Of a DNA stretch of 64,000 nt, positions 24,576 to 38,749 are shown one piece after another. Below the pieces are notes generated by a model that did not search any database, was not told the DNA's origin, and saw only the letters and a list, made by a program, of their open reading frames with translations. Location of the stretch: NCBI GenBank assembly GCA_951406725.2, contig OX597814.1, forward strand, positions 34,286,001 to 34,350,000, given 5' to 3'. The stretch comes from Octopus vulgaris. Its lineage: Eukaryota. Positions within the stretch are counted from its first letter, which is position 1. Each line of letters starts with the position of its first letter. The position numbers were made by a program, and so were the translations under genes.

Positions 24576-25476
24576 GCGTGTAAAAAGTATAAAAAAATAG
24601 TATCCTTCTGAGTAGCCGACTCCGTTTCGATTCTCAATTGATGCAAGTTAGCTTCACTGCGCGCCAATAAAAAAGAAAAAAAAATGGAAGAAAAGGAAAA
24701 AGGCGTGAATACCCTATTCTCCACTTTCTTCTGAAATATAAGGCCCTTGTGTATAGTCTAGTTCATATGATTTATTGAGGAGAAAATATTTATATACTGA
24801 GTCGGCTATTTTTCCTATAGAGTTTTGATTATAGTGTCAAGCACTGCTGAGTCGCAGCAAGTTCCAAGAGAGCTTAGTCTACAATCTCACTACGACACCA
24901 CACCGTAGTTACTTCACTTCCCATTACCCCCACATTTGCTTCATAAATCTGGTGATTTGTGCTGATGTAAGAAATCAATGTAATTTTGGCTTCATTTTCA
25001 ATATTATCCCCTCGAGAAAACTTTGAAATAAATCATTTCTGTACTACCTTTCAAGAGATTTACGCTTGCAAAAACAAAACAGAACAAGAAACAAAAGCAA
25101 ACAAATAAACAACAAAAACAAAATCAAGAACAAAAAAAAAAATACAGCAATATATTTTCCTTTTTTAGAAAACAACCTTCTTATCTTTAGTCAAAGAGAA
25201 GACAAAAGTATCATTCTAAAGGAATCGAAATGAAGAGATATTGTAAGTGTCCAAAAAATAAATAGATAAATAAAAAGAAAAGAAAAATTGAAGAAACAAA
25301 GGCAAAACAATGTATGATATGAAACACAATTATTTAACAACGTTTCAGAGATAACAAGATAACAGAACTGATATGAATGAAGTGAAATAAATTATATTCA
25401 TTAACTGAAGTTTTCTCAGGAAAAATTTGGTTTTTGCAAATTTGCAAAGTTTAAAGTTTCGTATTGCGGAATAGGT

Positions 25477-25514
<38 letters not shown>

Positions 25515-25735
25515 TATACCCTTTTAAAGCCTAGCCAGGCTCATGACCCGGTTTCCCGGTTTCAATGGCGTATGTGTTCCCCAGCCAGTCCATAGCAGCA
25601 TTACTCATTTTTGTCTGCTGAATGGACTGGAGCAACATGAAATGAAGTGTTTTGCTCAAGAACACAATGTGTCACCCGGTCCAGGAATCGAAACCATAAT
25701 CTTGATGCTGACACCCTAACCACTAAGCCACGTGC

Positions 25736-25775
<40 letters not shown>

Positions 25776-25871
25776 GTATGTATGTATGTATGTGTGTGTG
25801 TGTGTGTGTGTGTAACTACTCTAAGTATGCTTATATATATATATATATTTTCGTACGTACATACATACATA

Positions 25872-25984
<113 letters not shown>

Positions 25985-26239
25985 GTATATATACATACAT
26001 AGTAGCTATTTAAAACAAGGCTGAAGAGATCAAATGTCCGTGATAAAAATACCTAAGTGTCGCGGAAGGTGTAAATTAAGTAAATATATACGGATTGTTC
26101 ACATATTAATTACATATTACATTAATTCTTTCTGTTAATTTCTTTCCTACTGACTTTGGGCATCGTCACAACTAATTGTTAATTAGCTGTTGATCACTGT
26201 CAGTGGGCAAATGCGTCTCTTAGACAAATTAAAATTTAT

Positions 26240-27100
26240 CTTGTGAGGTTCGTGTATATCTAGTTACCATGTAAATCACTAACAGATATTTCAAGCGCAC
26301 TAACTTAATCATTTCCTGTAGAACAATCAATAGGCATTTTTATTGAATTCATAAGACACGATTATTTCGGTTGCATATAAATACGCTCGCTTTGTTCTCC
26401 GTCTGTATTGCAGTCGTCTTATATCCAACCACTCGTAGCTGACTGCTATTTATAGTAAGGCTCTACGGGAATCTCTCACTTTCAGCATTGGATAAAGAAG
26501 TGGAAATTCGCAGGAATATGGACGTATTTGAGACTTCTTTCTGTTTGCTCATTTCACATAGGCATTGGTTATAGTCATAATTTCTAAGTCGTAAAACGCT
26601 CTCAATAAACAAATACCTCAATTAGACGAATTAAGTCGTGTCATCTGATATTCATGTGTATTTAGTTAACAATTTAATCAGTATTAGGTATTTTAGGTTT
26701 TATAACTTAATTTTCCCAGTGGGGAATTCCTGGTCTATTTTCTAAGAAGACAGGATGTTTTTCGGTTGTATAGAAATGCACTTAGTTCTTTCTCCTTGTG
26801 TGTTCTGACCGCTGTTTTTTTTAGCCCGTTCTTTCGTAGACCACTGTTATTTATAGTAAGGCTTCACAAAAATCTGTTCTTTTCAACCTACTTCAAGGAG
26901 CAAAAATTCTCAGAATCATCTAGATGCTCCAGCAGTTCACCATAATGAATATACACGCAGTTCATTTTAAAAAATGTATTTATTTCACACACACATTAAT
27001 GGTGGTCATAATCTCCATTAATTTATAATTAGTTGTAGAGTACTCTCAGCGATAAGTACTCCAATCATGCAAATTAAGATGAGTGTTATGAGGCTTATAT
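26240..27100. repeat. Diverged tandem duplication, period about 400-440 bp
   Basis: Colinear shared blocks TTTCGGTTG.ATA.AAAT, TATTTATAGTAAGGCT (26447 and 26848), ATTTCACA...GTCATAAT, CTCTCA...AATTAAG. Confidence 0.65.
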
Positions 27101-27139
27101 GTGTCAGATACATACCCTCACACATGCACATATATAAAC

Positions 27140-27420
27140 AAGAATGCGATATCAAGGATCAGAGGGCATTCGGCTTACTACCAAGGAATTCATTGCCAAC
27201 TAGCAGATAGAAAGAGGTAAGAAGATGAAATGCTAACTCTATCCATTCCTCTTAGTGATGGATTTGGTTTCGAAAGGCGCAAAGAGCTACCCAGAGAGAA
27301 TGAAGAGCAAAGGACACCAGATAGTTCTACCGCTATGTGCCTTTGTAGATGACATTACTGCCATAGCGGAAACACCGACAGAAGCACAAGCTCTACTACA
27401 CTCAACTGTGCACCAAAGCC
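27140..27420 (+). mobile_element. RTE-type LINE reverse transcriptase fragment
   Basis: FVDDITAIAETPTEAQALLH (YADD-equivalent motif and following helix) at about 27343-27402. Confidence 0.6.
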
Positions 27421-28266
27421 CTCCAAACTCGTAGACTGTCCCTAATACGTGAGCAATTTAAATAATTCTGCTTTGTAATTAGAGAGAAACTTATTCTAAC
27501 GATTAAAGAACAGGATTTGAATGTACCTTTGCTGTATTCCTAAAATACTTCCCAAGGAAAGTATTGAGATTTTGTACCAGCTCGCCACTTTAAAGTAATT
27601 CATCATATTGAAGTGGAGAATGGTGCGTCAAAAGCAGTTGAATTAGGAAGTGGATGCACATGAATTGCTTGAGAGAAAGAAATCTATCGTGAAGTACATT
27701 GTTGGAAATAGAGCCAGTAAGATAGTGGTTCTTCCTATTAGTGGCGTACAAAGTGCTTCATTCTGCGGCCAGTATAAGAAAGTGGGGACTGGAATGACAC
27801 TACTGAGTGGCATCGATGCAAAGGTTATGCATCGTTGGAGTATTTTCTAGCATCATTCTAATCATTCCTCGTAAAGTATACCTGGTAGCATAACTCCACA
27901 TATACATTATTTATATATATTTTCAGAATACCTAGATGCCCGAATGTCACGACCCTAAGAAATAGGTTCTCGGTAAATACCTACTTAAACAGTCCTAACA
28001 ATGCAGAATATTTTTGTCCTTGAAGTCTTCGTTTACGGTGTACTATAGTCCCATGGCAAATGTTAGTGTTAACTAATAAGAGCCGATTATATATGTAAGC
28101 GAAATATCTTCCACTATGCTTCACAATTCTTTAGTTTCATTTCACGAATCATCGCCACATAACTGAGTAAAGAGGGAATGAATTCTCTGAGTAATATCCA
28201 ATAAATATAAACTCTCCTTTATGTATTGAATGATCTCGTATTCCGTTTGTGCATATTAAAGTGTTA

Positions 28267-28315
<49 letters not shown>

Positions 28316-29185
28316 TATACACACATACGTACCTACAAACATACATACATATATATATCGGTCATACTCTAAGGAAAACCTTTATCCTTATTCGTATTGC
28401 CTTTTCTATGTCGTAAATAATATTGAATAATGAGATAAAACAGTCTAAAACAAAAGAAAAATCACTAACTAGTAACCAACTATGCGTAATCTATGTCGAT
28501 CGTTTATAACCAAAGCAAAAGTTATTGAAGCTCATCGTGATTTAGAGAGAGATTTAATTATGTAGTGTATATGTTATGGTAATCCGCTAGTTCAAAGAAC
28601 AAAGGAGGCAAGAATGGCGATATAAATCAAATGAAATATATATATATATTTATATATATATATATGTGAGAAAGACAAAGTTAACTACTGACTGCGTTTG
28701 GTGCTAACATATGAAATAAACGATTGGAGGCAGAAAATTACTTCGGGCGAATCGTTAAACCTCAAATCTGTCCGAAAATCAAAGCAAACAATATAAAACA
28801 AAACTATTAACAGATTGCTTAATAAATAAATAAATCAGCCAAAATGTATTGTGAAACTTGAGGAATGCATCAACGTGATCAGATCTTTGCTGTTCCTTTT
28901 TAAAGTGTACAAGAAGTCAACAGTGGTTTTTATGTACAATGATTTTTTTTTTTTGTTTAGCTTAGGTACAAAGTCACAATTTCTTTTCGAGGAAATAATC
29001 AATTACATCGACCCCCAGAATTTTACTGCTACTTCTTTTTATGATCGTTGCCAAAAGGATGAATGGCAAACTCAACACTAGCTGAATTTGAATTGATTTA
29101 GAACTCGAAACTTGAAATGATTGAGATAAACACTGTAAAACTTAACCGACGATCTACCAATTCATCGCCCTCTTTATTTATTTAT

Positions 29186-29273
<88 letters not shown>

Positions 29274-30835
29274 TAAGACTGCGAACAAATTTGAATGATG
29301 AAAAGTAAGTATACATAAATCTGAGTCTGTTGGCGCAAGTTCAATTTATAGTTGACGTGGTTTATTACTTATATCTGTCAATTTTATTTATTGTTGGGAG
29401 GGTGACGTCTGGCCATTCTCTTCTGTGATTACATGAAGATTTTAGAATCTAAATGACCATGCATTTAGAGTCACATATAAATATTTCTTTACTATTTTTA
29501 GGACGTTAAAATCGAAAAAAACCCCAACAAAAACAGTAGAACACTGGCCTAGACGCATTCCTGTTTCTGAACTTCAGGTTTCAAGTTAAAATCTTACTGG
29601 TGTTGAGCTTCTCTGTCAATGTTCAGATGTTGGTAAAATAAGCACCAATGATATATCTCTTTTCCTTGTGCTTTCAACTCCCAATAAAGTCATAGCATCG
29701 CCGTCGTGTCATACGGTATGCCTTGGGTATTTTAAAGCTGGAAGACCCTGTCCTTCTCAAGGTATGAACACAGTTAATTTTTCTCTGAGGAGAAAGAGAA
29801 GAATTGAATCAACATTGAGTGATACTTTATTTTATCGGTCCCGAAAGGACGAAAGGCAAAGTTGATCTCTGCAAAATTTGAATTCAGAACGCAGAGAACT
29901 GGAACGAGTATCACAAGACATTCTTTCAAGCGTTTTAATGTCTCTATCAACTCGTTGCCTTCAGTGATATACAAGTATCGATCCAATCAATTATATCTCC
30001 AACCCCAAACTTACGCAGAATATTTGCTTTTGTATAGTTCAAATAAATTAAAAATGAAACGAAAATTGTCAAAAGAAATAATTTATTTATGAATTTATGA
30101 AATTAACCTTAAACGTGAAATGGTAAATGGTAGCCTTCGTGCTTTTGTTTTTAGAAACTTGAGAGCAGCGAGTGAGAAAGATCATTCTTAATGAGAATCG
30201 TAGCCATGTTTTTATTCGCTGATAACTAGATTCTATTCGCTGCAGGTGTCTCGGCGTACAATAATTTCTTTTCACATGATACACATGGCTGTTTTTGTTT
30301 TGATAAACGAAACAGTTCTATAATCAATTGATTCGGAACTAAGAAAGATGAAACTGAATTATCTTCTCTCTTGTTTTATCATCTTCCGATTTTATTTCTT
30401 CGCCACTTGTATTGATTTTTTTTCGACTTAGTACCGAACCTTAATTTAGAGTTGTTAGGAATGAGCTTGTGAGGTGTTTATGCCATTTCAACGGTATTAA
30501 TATTTCAAAGTCATTTTCACACTATTTTAGTTAAGAACATCATTTGAAAGCTTCGTCTTCAAGTAATACGTGAGTGGGAATGGGTGAAGTCCATCTTGTC
30601 GCTATAACGTATTCATGGCAAAATTTGAACTCCATGCGGAAAGTCAGTGAAACGCCCAATCTACCCAGACTTTGTCATTCCACTCACAAATACATCCGGT
30701 GGGTTAACCAAGCGAGGGTTAAATGCAGCTCCCTCGATACTAAGGTGCGATGCCATTTATTTTCAAAAGCTTTGTATGGAACTATTAGGATGTTCAAATA
30801 AAAACAGGGAAGCTGAATACAACTACTGTAAAAAA

Positions 30836-31035
30836 TAAGAAGGTGTGTTGAAAAGTACCTAGCTTTGGGTAAAGGAAAATACAGGAGGGTAAGTTGATTA
30901 TAATTTTGTTCAACAGATTCACACGCTTATTGCGGCGGTCTTTCAGTTTTCCTAAGCCCTGTAAAAGAACTCGGAAGGTCCAACCAGACCTTTCACGAGA
31001 CCCTTAAAGCCAAGAACATTTCAGCACCCCCTTGT
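30836..31035. mobile_element. Mariner-derived MITE (about 200 bp)
   Basis: Imperfect TIRs AAGGTGTGTTGAAAAGTACCTAGCTTT / AAAGCCAAGAACATTTCAGCACCCCCTTGTA; similar TIR at 37596-37626. Confidence 0.7.
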
Positions 31036-31529
31036 ATTTTATTTGGATTATTGATTTACGTGTTGCATGATATTTAAATTTTAGTTCTAGTTTTCAATAT
31101 ATTGTACAAAAATAGTAGCCATGCTGTTGTTTCTTTTTAATTGCAGTATATTAACGTCACTCCCTTTCTCGTCTCTCATTTACTTCTCTTTGTCATTTTC
31201 TCCACATTCCCCCTCTTAAACTATCGTCACTATGGTTTTACGCATTAACGCTAGACGTTTCAGTACATTAGATAAACAATACTGACAAGTTGTTAATTTG
31301 TTCAAATGATTAACACATGAGAAAATCTGACACAAGTATTCATTGTTCGAATTTATAGTTCCAATGAGGTTTCAGATCTGAAGGTTTTAATTACATTATG
31401 GAATGAAAATTTCAAAATTATTTATCAGTAAATGCTGAGGTGAATGACAAATAGTGTACAATATCCTCTAGTACAGAATATAGTGAGAAATAGACCTATT
31501 TCTACACTGTAGTAAACTGGTTCGTAAAA

Positions 31530-31797
31530 TAAATAAATAAATAAATAAATTCACTCTTTTAAGGCCTAGCCAGGCTCATGGGCCCGGTTTCCCGGTTTCT
31601 ATGGCGTATGTTTTCCCCAGCTGGACGGGACGCCAGTCCATCGCAGCGTTACTCATTTTTGCTACCTGAGTGGACTGGAGCAACGTGAAATGAAGTGTTT
31701 TGCTCAAGAACACAACGCATCGCCCGGTCCAGGAATCGAAACCACAATCTTACGATCATGGTGCTGACACCCTAACCACTAAGCCACGTGCCTCCAC
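31530..31797 (-). mobile_element. Full-length SINE family C with 16-bp TSD and (TTTA)n tail
   Basis: TSD AAACTGGTTCGTAAAA at 31514-31529 and 31798-31813; head GTGGAGGCACGTGGCTTAGTGGTTAGGG...GGTTTCGATTCC. Confidence 0.93.
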
Positions 31798-32599
31798 AAA
31801 CTGGTTCGTAAAACTAACTTTTAAATTATTTATTTCGTAGGGATAAGCAAACAATTCTTTAGGGAACAGAACTGAATAAAAACCATTTAGAAGTAAAACA
31901 TTCTGTAATTCTAATTCGGTGATTGTGCGTGCATATTGTTGTTGCTATTGCGTAATCCGGGACAGGGGTGTCACAAGTGTTAGTGGCGCCTAATGCAGTA
32001 ACTAATAGTTTTACCTCCTCACATGAACCTCTCCCTGTTCAAGACAATACAGAACACTCACCGATCCTCTTTTGCAATAATGTTACACGTGAATCGAAAT
32101 TCCTGTGTATCACGAAATGGAATGATATAAACAACTAGTAAAAATTAAAATTATAGTTTAAATTACAATATCATATGCACACTATAAATGCATTTATATA
32201 TTTCATGTAGTTAAAGTGAGAAATAACACTAGAATTCGGAGTAAAAGCATTGAAAAAACTACGTCAGAATTGTGTTGATTTAAACGTTTAAATTTGTTAT
32301 ATGAGATACATTGATAAGGCATGCGTTTTATACACCACTTTTCATATAAGAACAATGTATTACTATTATAAATAAATACAAATGAAAATCACTATTTTCT
32401 TAGCTTTTCCTAAAGAATATGAATCTTGTGACCAACTTTAGAGTTAAAATAATCATCAACGTTATGTTAATGAACAAATAATTGCTCTAATTACTACTAT
32501 TATATCAAAATTAAATTCACTTGAAAGCAAAATTGATTTGTATAAACCATCAATACATGAACATTTGAAATGAACTATTTGCACTATATATATATGTAT

Positions 32600-32710
32600 G
32601 TATATCAACCGAAACGTTGTGTTAACAACAAACAAGATGAGGACAAACATCCGTCAAATGTAAATAATGTAAATAATGTACATAATTCCTCGTCTCTCAA
32701 ATATAGAACT
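32600..32710 (+). mobile_element. 5'-truncated copy of the hammerhead-SINE tail seen at 5677-6208
   Basis: GTATATCAACCGAAACGTTGTGTTAACAACAAACAAGATGAGGAC...TATAGAACT closely matches 6097-6207; retains GAAAC. Confidence 0.85.
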
Positions 32711-34869
32711 TTATGATCTAAAATGTAAAAAAAAAACAAGCAAACAAAATACCATTAAAATAATTAAGCATGAGATAAAAACACAGGATTCATATTTTAT
32801 GGAAGCCGTTTTGGTTATAGAAGAAAGAACTATTATGCAAAGTTTAGGTTCCTTTCATGGGGTTTGTATTTATATTTCAACCAACCTTATGTAACCTTCT
32901 GAGATATCAAATAAATGTTCATATTATGTTAAAGTATCGTATACTTTTCTCATAAGTGCCAATTTATCACACTACTAGATAAGCATTACTGCCTGCTGTA
33001 ACAGTTGGTACCAAGTATCTTTCATTTTTAAATTACATAATATATCTGCATCAGATTTCTCTGAGTCATAGATTAGAGAAAAGACAACACAAGAGAATAC
33101 TTTCTTTCATTTTGTGAGAAAAATTTCCTCTCAGAAAGATGAAACAATTTGTTAACAGTATTCCGTGATTGAACTGTAATTAGAACCGTGAGATATATTA
33201 TCCTATCTGCTGCTTTTTGGCAAATGTAGATGACGTTGTTTAATGAAAAAAATTAACAAAGAAACACAGCACAGCTTGTACACTTTTCAGGAACATTGAT
33301 AAACGAAATGCAACAAAATTCTTAAATTACATCTAGTCCCTATAAAACACCCCGCCTAAAACTAACAAGAGAAAACAAAAGCAAAACGAAACAAAAATTA
33401 AGAACCCTGGTAAAACACGCACGCACAACCATCCAGCCAACCAACCAACCAACCAACCAACCAACCAACCAACCAACCAACCAACCAACCAACCAACCAA
33501 CTAACCAACCAACCAACCAATCAACCACCCACCAACCAACCAACCAAAAAATAAAAAGTCTTAAGCAAAACAAACTATATGCCCTAATATCAATTGAAGG
33601 TTCTTTGAAAGTAAAATATATGGCTCCTGCACAGTAAAGAAAAGATCCGAAAATCTATGAACTATAATAACAACTGGAGGAACTTTGAAAACTTCAGGTG
33701 TTATAACTTGAAATAAAGAATTGGTCTCTGCACTGAAAAGAAGGGACCTGAAATCTTATTGTTGTCAGGGAAATGCCACAACGGAAATGTTTAGTAAATG
33801 CAAACACGTTGGTAAGTCAATATCGTCTAACTGGAAACAAATATGGTATTTACTCAGGGGGGAATGGTGAGTGCATGGACTGGAATGTTTCGAATATGTT
33901 TTCCTTTTTCTTATTTCCTGTCTCTTTTCTTCGAACTGGAACTTTCATACTAAATTAAATTATTTGCAACCTTATCCTTCTTTAAGATCCGTTTGTTTAT
34001 TAGTACTCATTGAAAATTCACTCTAAGCCAACAGATCAATTTCAAGGAATTTAGCTCCTTCAGCGATTCACAAGTTATCTCACTCTAAATATAAATTATG
34101 AACTTGAGAAAAGTAAAAGATTTTCCCTAGGAGTTCAGAATGCATCAACCGGAAAAGGAACTTCTTTTTTATACCTCAAGCATATATCTTAGTTGAGGCC
34201 TACAGATGCCCAAATATCAACGTGTATGGCTCAATCTGAGCATTCTTGAAACTTATAGTTCCATTGCAATAAGTAATCAAATTGACTCTATATTCATTAT
34301 TTTAAGTGCACTTTAATTTGTCATATATAATTCGCTCGACCCTTTATACACGTTCATACACACCAGTGCACACACACTCAAACACACATGCGCATGCGCA
34401 TCCCCTACAGATATATAATGGAAAAGTAATGAAAATATAAACGTTAGAGCATCAGACAATATTCTTGTACAAGTGTTGCGGTATTCAGTTACAAACTGTT
34501 ATGTTTCGTATTCAAATTATGCTGGAGGGATTTTTCCTTTCCTCTCATCTCCTCAAATACTTAGTGTTGTACTGGGTGTTGGTTTAGTTGACACCAATCC
34601 TCTATTGCAAAATACATGGATTTGTTCCAGTGAGAAATTGATATATGTTATTGTGAGTATATAAATAAGACTAGATCGCTGACACCCTACTTTCTTGTAA
34701 GAATTATTCATCATGCGCTACATTTTAATTGATGCTACTGAATACTTCATGTTGATAAATTTCTTTGTATATCTTTAAAACATCAACAATGTTCTTTTTT
34801 TTTTATATGAAAAGATTATTAGATGCTTGAATTGAAAAAGAAATCTGCATTCCTCACTTGCTGCTCAAT

Positions 34870-35135
34870 TAGCTATCTAATCTATAATTCTATAAATTAC
34901 AGTGTTCTAAGGAAGCTGTCTTTCTCTTTCGTATCAACGATGTATCTTTTCTGTTATCTGATCCATAAACTCAATCAATTCTGGTGTTTTAAAAAGACAT
35001 TCTATCTATCCAGCTCTCTTTCTGTTTGGTATCGATGATATTTCTTGTGCTATCTGATCCACAATTCAATAAACTCTATCGTTCCAAAGAGACAAGCTAT
35101 CTATTTATCTCTCTTTTTGACATAAATGATATCCC
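34870..35135. repeat. Three diverged tandem units of about 80-95 bp
   Basis: TATCT(A/G)ATC(T/C)A.AA...TCTCTTT...(C/T)GAT recurs at about 34874, 34955, 35051. Confidence 0.6.
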
Positions 35136-37101
35136 TTCTATAAACTTCAAATCTCTTCTACTTCTACGCTGATAATATTCTACATTGTTTTCTTTCCTTT
35201 TTTTTCAACGGCTGTAATAATTCATCATAGAAGAAAAACAGCAGAGTAGTTAAAGCACTGGAGTATCATCTCAAGAGATTCAAGCCACATATATAATGAT
35301 TCCCGACCGATGGCGTTACTATTATTGTATTACAGAGTGAGTGCCTGACAGTCTGCCGTAGTAAACATTAAACTTAGGTTGGATGTAGAACACCTTACTA
35401 TGTTAGACAAGAGGAGAAAAGGTTGCCCAGTTAGAGTTAGGTCATCTTGTGGTGTAAAATAGTAGCAAAAATTTATAGTGCTTAATATAAGAATATCAGT
35501 CTTTCAGTGTCATCAATTATACGGTTGACGGCAAAGTGTAGGTAAAGGAAAATAGACAAACTACCATAGCCTATTAATAGGTTAACTTTAAGGAAAATTA
35601 TCCATTTAACCTGGTTTGACTCCTATCAATAGACCCGTTGGTTATTTCTGTCTCAAATAGATGTTTATACACATTACATTTGGGGTGTTAGACTTAATCT
35701 GTCTTTCTACTTAACACTATCACCTCATCTTTGGAGATGTTTAGCTGAGTCCGCTCTGTTGCAAATATTTTGTTAGGAGTCCGGCCTGAGGGTAACTTCT
35801 TCTCTTCTATTAGTTTCAGACCTGAAAAAGGGCCACGTGCGCCAACCTTGTTCCTCAAGCTGAGTCATAAAAATGCCCAACTTATTTCAGTGACCTTTCT
35901 TAAAAAAAATATACGTTCTCAGTAATTCTTATTATATGTAGTGATATAATTTCTTTAAAAAACTTATCAACAGATATATTGATATATTGACCATGTCAAA
36001 ATCATTATTTTAACAATACAAAGTGGAAAAATTTAATGTAAACAGCAACAAATTGTTGCAAGGGAAATCATGCTATTTTGTATGGCTTATGTTCAGTTAC
36101 CATTTTAATCGTCAAATAACAAACTAGAATAAATCAAAGGTGGTGAAAACAGGAAAGCACTGGACGAAACGTCTTACATTATTCACTTTCATCTCTGTAT
36201 GCTTTAGAATTGAATTCCTGTATCTGTGTCTTCATCTTCGTTTTCAGCGCTTGGTTGCAAATACAATAAGCACCAAAAATTAAATATGGTCAATTTAATC
36301 GGCTACTTTTAACGAATGAATCTGTTATCTCGAGCAAAAGTGAAAAACCAATGATATATTTGGGTTGATTCAATATGCTTCCTTTCGAGACTCTGACCTT
36401 GTTTCACGGAAGAAATTATTTTAATGTGCAGACATGCTCACACATTTTCATGCTGTCCTCATCTCTTGGATTATGTTCTCTGCTTCATTTTGAGACTAGA
36501 CACAGGAAAACATAAGTTGAATGGCAAACTTTCTTCAAATCTTAACCCATTAACAGGCTGAGATATTTTTGTTATACAAAACCAGTTACTATATGTACCA
36601 GTAAATTCGCACAAAAACCTAGAAATACTTGGTTTTACGAGAAAGAGCAAACAAAACAAAACAAAAAAACTAACTGAATTCTTCAAATCCAATCTATTAG
36701 TGGCACAGTAAATATTTGTAAGACATTTCAAAAAATCTCCACCTGAGATTCTTATATGAATAGATGCACACACTTGGGTGGTGTATGCATCGACAGTTCA
36801 ACCAGCACACTAACTCAACCACCCATTTACAAACACTGGAAACTCTCTTTACTCAAGAAATCATGTCGCTTTGTTAACGACAGGCTTGAACTCACTTAAG
36901 AACTTAAATAAAACTCAAAGGAAAATCATGCATACATTCACATGTATGTGTGTGAGTACGTGGCGAGGCACTTAGCTGACCCCTGATTATAATTATTTAT
37001 ATAATTATAGAATATTTTGAATAATTCACCTAATGTTTTTTTAACGTACTGACTACTTTGTAAAATTATTAATTATTAATTAATTAATTAATTTTACCAT
37101 A

Positions 37102-37181
<80 letters not shown>

Positions 37182-37199
37182 CATACACACACGCACACG

Positions 37200-37626
37200 A
37201 GTCTCAGCTATGATTTTAGCTGAAATTCGACGTGCACAGCGTTGGCTTTGTTTTCTGTGGTCGCAAAAATTGGTCGCCCTGACCAGGGTTCACCTGTGAT
37301 CTGGAAATGACCAGTCCGAAACCTTGACATCCAGATGTTCACTATGGACTAAGACAGACAGCCATCCTTCAAGACTTCCTTCATCGTGCCATGGGTTTCC
37401 GTCGTTCCTTTGCCTTGCAAAAAGAACTTCATGACCGCCCGTACCAAAAACCTATGCAGGAGCCGTTATCGTGCGTTAAATCTAAGAAAAGAGAAAGATA
37501 TATTGTATACCATCATGATATTTTCCATATCTTCTCCTAAATAGTTGTCCTACCTCCTCTGTAAAGGTAACAGTTCTACTCTTTCACAATACCCTTAAAA
37601 CCACGAACTTTTCAGCACTCCTTCGT
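37200..37626 (-). mobile_element. Mariner transposon 5' part (TIR plus N-terminal HTH), decayed
   Basis: TIR AAAACCACGAACTTTTCAGCACTCCTTCG at right end; minus-strand RAVMKFFLQGKGTTETHG resembles a mariner N-terminus. Confidence 0.65.
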
Positions 37627-37738
37627 GTACATATACATACATGCATACATACATATATACATACATGCATACATACATACATACATACATACATACATAC
37701 ATACATACATACATACATACATACATACACACACACAT

Positions 37739-37775
<37 letters not shown>

Positions 37776-38119
37776 CAGTTTTTAATAATTTTATGTTGTC
37801 TTATATATTTATATTAGATTATATTATAAATAAATTCTTAGATTGTCAACTGTATTTCTTTGTTTAATTTATATATATATAGAATGAAGAAATTATACAA
37901 AATGTATAAATGGATGATGAGGAAAGTCCCGGCACAGTTTCGATTACCTGTTGTTATCCGTAGATTTATTGCAGTGACTTTGTAGACAAAATATAACAAA
38001 AGATATTTCGTCTGAAAGATTAAATAAGTAATAAAGGAACACTCCCTCTGAACTGAATTAGTTCTAGACGGAAAGAAGGCCATAGAAAAGGGCAGAAAAG
38101 TAGCCATAACGACAGTGGC

Positions 38120-38399
38120 AAGGTAGTAGGTTCTGGTTCTGTAGTAGTGAGAACAGTAGAGGTGGTGGCTGTGGCGATGCAGGTGCTTGCCTTGATGGTG
38201 GTGATGGTAGTTGTGGTGGTAATTATGATGATGACGATGATGAAGATGATGATGATGATGATGAAGATAGTTATAAAGTAATATTGTGATGGTATTGGTG
38301 CTGAATGCAGCAGTAGCGGGACCCTTCATTGTTGATGAGTGGGATGGCAGTGTAGCTGAAGGTGGAGCTTGGATATGGAGAAGCTGGTGATGATGATAG

Positions 38400-38451
<52 letters not shown>

Positions 38452-38720
38452 GGTGATAATGATGATAGTGATAATGACGATAATGATGATAAGGATGATG
38501 ATGATGATGATCGTGATGATGTAGCTGATGTTGGGAGTTTATACAGTGATGACGGTGTTGAAGTGTCGACAGTGATGGTAGATGGGGAAGCGAATGGAAC
38601 TTGATACTTGTGATGTTAATTAATATTGGAGATGATGATGTTGATGTTGATGATGATGTTGATGATGATAATGATGGTCATTAATGATTGTGCTAAGATT
38701 GTGGCAACGGTGGTAGGTGG
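38120..38720. repeat. (GAT)n/(GGT)n trinucleotide low-complexity region
   Basis: Directly visible; gives poly-D/poly-H ORFs. Confidence 0.9.
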
Positions 38721-38749
38721 TGAGTGAATTGGAGTAACTTCGACCGGAA

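Noticed and set aside
26018-26056. AGG CTGAAGA GATCA..TGATA AAAATA CCT possible hammerhead
   Set aside because: Needs at least two core corrections and has no stem III; compatible with chance.
27650-27850. 66-aa non-repetitive ORF (MDAHELLERKKSIVKY...)
   Set aside because: No recognisable motif or splice signals, GTG start, adjacent to an RTE relic; unassigned.
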